A stretch of 64,000 nt of DNA from Blepharisma stoltei ATCC 30299 (taxonomy: Eukaryota > Protista > Ciliophora), in contig CBFDEM010000010.1 in the NCBI GenBank assembly GCA_965603825.1, positions 186,001-250,000 of the forward strand, given 5' to 3'. This document shows, piece by piece, positions 58,301 to 64,000 of the stretch. Made by a program: the position numbers and the translations under genes. Below the pieces are notes generated by a model that worked only from the letters and a program-made list of their open reading frames with translations, did not search any database and was not told the DNA's origin. How positions within the stretch are numbered: the first letter of the stretch is position 1; every line of letters begins with the position of its first letter.

Positions 58301-61300
58301 ATAGGTTCAACTGAAGGATCGAGAACTTCTCCTATGTCTTCAAACAGTATTGGCACTCCATTAGTGATACAAGCTTCTAAGCTTCTCATCATTTCTTTGG
58401 CTTCTTTTTTACCTTTTTCATCATTTTCATCATAGCTTTTCATTTTCATTATTTTTAGTTTCCTCGCTTTTTCCATATTTTTGATTCAACTGTGAGCCTG
58501 CATTTGTGGATCAATCATAAGTGGCCATCTTTGAGATATTGTAGCAATGATCCCATTTTCAACTGAAACACTATCACTAGGAAGTCCAGCAATATTCCAA
58601 TCTTGAATAGTAAGCTTATCCCCTAAAATTCCTTCCAGGGTGAAATCTTGTGTGCAAGGGATTTTTAGTTCATTGCATCTTGCTATCCATTTCTGAGTAA
58701 GAGTTTTGCGGTATTCCCCTGTGAAAGGTCCTAAGTAAGAGACAATAGCAGCACTTAAAAAGACATTTCCAATAATGACACTAATACTTTCTTTTAATGT
58801 TTGTAGGTTCTGCTCCCATCTCACTCCTTCATCAGCCAATAAATCAAGCAGTAATTCTGCCCTCACAAGTCTCTCTTGAGTAATTTCAATGTCATGCTGA
58901 AGCTGAGCCATTCTTTGCTGAGTCAAATTGCAATCCTCTTGCAGCCTCTCCACTTTTTCTTGAACGCCCCTCAATTCGTCTTCTTTTTCTTTTAACTTTT
59001 GCATGTCAGATTCCAGTTTAGCCTGCATTAGTTGCACCCTTTCTTTCTTAGGCTTGACTATTTCATATGCTTCTGAATATTGACTCATTGCAATAGTCCA
59101 CATGCATAAGGATTTGGCTGCTTGAGATTTTGTGCCTACAAACTCCACCTCATATTCAGGCTTTGCCAAATAGTGTCTCAGTTTTCTTAATGCTGGCTTA
59201 GGAATATCATCCTTATTATAAGTTCTAAGCCTTTCTAAGAAGTCCATTCTTCCTAATACATGCTGCACAGATGGCCAGTCTGTAGCTTCACTGAGTAATA
59301 TACACACAGCTTCCAAGACCATTTTCACGACAGGGGTCGGATTTTTATAGTTTTTCATTTCAAAAATATCTTTAGGATTGATGCTGTCAAGCGCTCTCAT
59401 GGCTCTTTCTAAAATTGGCATAGCTTGGCTGAGCTCTTCTTCAGCTTCAAGTGCTTTGGATCTGCACTCAATCATCTGGTGATTCACGACTTCTTTTTCT
59501 CTTTCGACTTGCTCTCTAAGCACTTCAGCAGCTTTTGTTTCCTTTTGAACCTCAACGAGATACTGCTCAGTTTTTTTCTTTTGAATTTCTAGCTCAGGAG
59601 CCATCAATTGCAAATCATTTTGTAGTTGATTTACTATATCTCTGGTTTGCTTTAAATTGCTCAGTCCATTTTCCAGTCTTGATTTCGCTGACTGTGCTTG
59701 ATTTCGCTTGATATTCAGCTGTGACAGATAAAACGAAATCAAATCCAAATAGCTTTTTGGTGTTGTATATGTTTTCCTTCTCAGTTCAGCAAAAAATTGA
59801 TCTGCAGATTCTTCAACTGAGGTGTGGATTTCCATACACATAGTAGATAGTGCTTTTTTCATCTCATCAGTTGTGGTGAGTTCTTGCAAAAATTGCGAGG
59901 AAACTGACAATAAGGCTTCCTGAGGCCATTTGTTAAACCAGTCCAATGTTGCACAATTTACAAGTGATGGGAATTTTCTGCAGCGAATTCTCAGAGACTC
60001 GCCAACTGGTGACATGCACAGAACAATATGAAGCCTGTCTCGGACTCTTTGCACGAAAGTAGAATAAATCAAATCTTTTGAATCTGGCAGTCTCATCTTT
60101 TCAACAACTTCTGGACGCAAGTTGTCAATGATTTGATCGATGTCTTCAGGCTGATACAGATTGGTGACTTCGCCAGTGTTCAAAATGCTGTTGATATCTT
60201 CTAGAAATCCTTCGTTCGAGATATGAGTATCAGGGAAAATAAAAGATAAGTGCTTGCCCTGGACTCCAGAAATGTCCATCATTTTTTTCAAATCTTCACG
60301 GAATGCATCAATTCCGTAATTTCTTGTTAATTCAATTTTGTAGACTTGATAGCCTAAAATATAAGAAGACAGCATCGATAATGTTTGCTTTCCACTACCT
60401 CCGACACCTATCAGTAAAATATTCCCCCTTGGCTGTCTTAGTGTTCTGCAAATCCTCAGTACGTGCTCGACAGCCATTTCGAAAAACACCAGCTGCATTT
60501 TCTTGGTGCTGCCAGTGTTGAACTCATCAACTTTATTATATAGCTCTTTAGTCAATTTCTTATAATCAGTGATTTCTTCATATGTAATTGCAGGCTTGGC
60601 TAGGTTTAAAATGTCGCTAAACATAATAGATTTTTTTTCAAACAAGTCCTCATGAGTTCAGTTCATCTTAAATGGTCTGTTTATCTGCTCAACTAGCAAG
60701 GTTGTGAACCAGAGTCTGTCAGAATTATTTATTAAGCGGTCATGGAAAACTCTGCAGGATTCATGGACCCAAAGTCTGGCTAAATGGTCAGGAGATGGTA
60801 AGGAGCGGGATGATGCCATTAAAATGCCTTGAAAGACTTTGGAGACATCGCGAAGGTTGAATACGTAATGGAACTTTGTAGGTGTTGGCTTCAGAGTTTG
60901 GAGAATTCTGAAGTAAACGTCAATTGTGGAGTGAACGACAGCATCTCCCAGCTTTTTTACTGAATCTGTCATCCCGATTTCTAAAAACCCACTTAGAATG
61001 CTTCCGAAAATGGTTGTTAAAGTATTTGTGCTTGGCTCTGGGAGATTAAATAAATTGAAAAACCGCATAAACCTCGGAGTGAGTTCGCTTCTTCCTCCTC
61101 CTGGAGGAGCAGCAGCACATAGAAGCATAAAATTGCCAATAGTTTTCCAAAACAGTTTATGCCTGTCATAAAACCCTCCACATCCAATTAGCTGCCTCAA
61201 CTGTTCAATCGGCGGCTGAGCTCCATATAGTTCAACTGATGGCATGTTTACATCATCAACAAAAATCATTAATTTCTTAAGCCCAACTGCTGAATAAAAC

Positions 61301-64000
61301 CCTTTGGATTTCCTTTCTACCTTGGCTTCAATTGAATTCTGTGTTAGCACACTTGATGTTTGTGCTGAAAAATTCATTAAAACAGGCTCAATTTCTCCTT
61401 CAGCTTTAAGTTTTGATATAAATGTCGAAATAATGACAGACTTTCCGACTCCAGTTTCTCCAGTAAAAAATATAGGCTTGTTTTTAAGGTATAATGTTGA
61501 TAATAGGTACTCATAAGTTGTTGTCTCTACTGTAGGTACCACCATTGAGAAATAAGAAGCATTTGGGTCAAAATTAAACTCTGGAACTTTTTCAGTTCAG
61601 CTTTTATATTGTCTGCCTGATAAATAGTAATCAAATAGTGTTCCTGCAATAGGCAACGCAATAGTTTGAGAAAATAGCTGTCGGACAAAGTCAGAAAACT
61701 TGTCTCTGCAATTTGACTTAAGAGCTCCGCCCATGCCCCAAATTAAAGAAAATACAAAAATTGCTGTAATCTGTTTGGTTTTGTCTTCTATGGCTTCAGG
61801 CATTTTCAGCCCAGATTCAGGGCTTAAAAAGATTTCTAAAAATCTGCAAGTATTAGTAGCACACTGGACTTCCACAGTAGGAATTTGCTCTTGGAGACTT
61901 TTTTTGAATTTAATAGTAGCAGGCAATGCGAATTCCAATAATTTTTGTAGGTGGGTTCTTAATTCATTGTTAATAACTTCATCGTTTTCAAATGTTGTAT
62001 GGAGCCACGTCATAACATATGGTCTCCAGCCTAAATCTTCAGGTGACAAATAAACCATCCCACATCTAGAAACTGTTGCAGGTGAAGCTACAGCCAAATC
62101 TTGGACCTCAAATAAAATTCTCATCTGCGACCTCAACTTGATTCTTTCACCATTGGCTAAACAAAGCATCATATTATCATCAAGAACAGTATTCATGTTT
62201 TCAATCCACAGCGAGTCCACTGGCCCATCAAATATGACCCATTTTCTTTCTTCAGTTTTATCTGCGGCTGCAACTCTCATGATCCTCGATGCTAGCCCAT
62301 CTCTCCAGTCTTGCGTTAAAGAGTTTACTTCTCCATACAATTCTCCCATAGTGATACATTTAGGATTCATTACGTTCATTTCAACCTTTTGGAACCTGGG
62401 ATCTTTGGACTTTTTCTCATATAAAGTAGTAAGACTTTTACTGAGAACCTCTAGACATGTGGATTTCCCACTGCCAGTTGGCCCGACTAACATTACTCCG
62501 AATCTTACACATAAGGTATCGAATAGCTGCATAACTTTTTTTTCGAATTGCTTTACTTTTTGGAGTCTGAGGGCTACGATTGTATCAGTAATTTGCTTGT
62601 CTAATTCGCCGTAAGGTGGCTCACCTATTTCGATTTCTGGGAAGAGATCTTTAACTAAGGCTTCAAATAAGGGAATATCGTGTGATAAAAATTTAGGGAT
62701 GTTGGAATCTCGCATAGCGCGAATTAGCACAAGGTCTTCACTAAGAAGAGGATTGGATCTTTTTAGTTCTCCAGCCATAACCAAGACACTTTTCACAGCT
62801 CTCATACCAAAATCATAATGGTCTTGTTGGGAAAGCTGCTCTGAGGCAAGCTTATAGAGTTGAACCATTTTTTTACTCAAAGGCTTGGCATTGGAAAATC
62901 CTTCAGCGAAGAGCATAATTTCAGCAATCATGGCATAGTCAGGGATCATCATAGCAACTGGTCTGAAACAGACTTTTAAGTTGTCAGGCAGCTCAGTTCT
63001 TCCAGCATATCCAGGATTCATAGTAATGAAAACTCCACATGTGGTTTTCAACGGTATCATAGAGTCTTCAAACAGGAACTCAGCAACTCCCTCTCTCAGT
63101 GCATTTTGAATTGTGAGTAGCTGCTGAGCAATAACAGAAAGCACTTCTATATCAATACGGTTGAACTCATCCAAACAGCTCCACGCGCCTTGCTGCGCTA
63201 ATCCTGAAAAAAGTCTCCCCATCATTTTATAAGTGATTTGCTCAGAGCAGTTAAAGACAACACACTGCATTCCTATTGCCTTTGCAAGATCCTTTGTAGA
63301 CTCTGTTTTGCCTGTTCCTGCAGGCCCAGCTGGAGACGCTCCTAGTTTTATATTAAGTGCTGAAGTAATAGTGATCCAGCATCTGTCAGTCAATGGTGTA
63401 ATAACAAGCCTAGATGTAGCTCCCATATATTCGTAGCCATAATACAGCAGAGCATTGATTTGTCTTATAATGACAATATCGCTCTCCTTTTCCCAATAAT
63501 ATCTTAGCTGTTGCTGCCATAAAAAATCATTGATAGACTCAACTCCTTCGCCTTTAAGTATGTCTATAATATCTCTGCCATGGACATCTGTAGTGATTAA
63601 TGAAACTATGACTTTTCTTTGGAGAGGAGTCAGAGAGCCACGGACAAGCTCGACCAGCTGTTCTAATTGAGTTGTGTTGAGGTTAAACCAATCTTCAAGA
63701 GACGAAGGAGTATCAGTAACAGCTTCTATGGCAGATTCTGTTTCTGAGCATCAATTGATTTGGACAACAGTTGCAATTACTTGGCCTGGATGCTTTAAAA
63801 CCCATTCTTTTCTTTCCTGGCCTTCCAAGTCATCTCTTCCAATTGCCATAGCTTTCATGAGGACATCAATCATAGCAGCCTGCACGTTACTAAGCCATTC
63901 TTCAACCATGCCTCTTGCTTTGAGAACTTTGCCAGCGAAGTACACTTTTTCCCCTTCATGTGATTCCATCGCAAAAATATCAACTGATTTAGGCTCACTG
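55354..64000 (-). CDS. axonemal inner-arm dynein heavy chain, DNAH6-like (5' end outside the window)
   Basis: GPAGTGKT, GPTGSGKS, GETGVGKS, GVGGSGKQ P-loops, stalk, C-terminal LSTTGQSTNF; five TGA, mostly at typical Trp positions; no introns seen. Confidence 0.96.

Noticed and set aside
55354-64000. Dynein and other split ORFs as pseudogenes or separate genes
   Set aside because: Fragments are in one frame and broken only by TGA at Trp positions
1-64000. Selenocysteine recoding of UGA
   Set aside because: Where alignable, TGAs match Trp rather than Cys, and they occur in non-redox proteins
1-64000. Condylostoma-type code with all stops reassigned, or UAR=Gln
   Set aside because: In-frame TAA/TAG occur only at gene ends or inside GT..AG micro-introns
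1-64000. Mycoplasma or mitochondrial origin (also table 4)
   Set aside because: Axonemal dynein, PP2A, Myb, DENN and spliceosomal introns are nuclear eukaryotic features

Overview
AT-rich, very gene-dense eukaryotic DNA from a heterotrich ciliate macronuclear genome, most consistent with Blepharisma. The supplied ORF track fragments most genes because in-frame TGA is read as Trp (TAA/TAG are the stops) and because genes carry 15-nt GT..AG introns with an A six bases from the 3' end. Re-read this way the window holds about 35 genes: an R2R3 Myb, an RCC1-repeat protein, an Arc1p/EMAP-II-type tRNA-binding protein, two paralogous polycystin-1-like REJ/GPS 5-TM surface proteins with different N-terminal ectodomains (malectin versus seven beta-sandwich repeats) plus a decayed third copy, a secreted Cys-rich protein with 24 SNGTG N-glycosylation repeats and its repeat-less paralog, an eIF4B-like protein, two B-box-like/CCCH paralogs, PP2A-C and a divergent tail-less duplicate, a purple acid phosphatase, DENND4-like, WRAP53/TCAB1-like, HINT3-like, S10 carboxypeptidase, RABL3-like, Rrp17-like and F-box proteins, and the 3' 8.6 kb of a DNAH6-like dynein heavy chain. 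The best candidate for an undescribed system is the 11.2-29.2 kb cluster of putative glycan-sensing 5-TM receptors next to a hyper-N-glycosylated secreted protein. All family calls come from motif recognition by eye; no searches were run.
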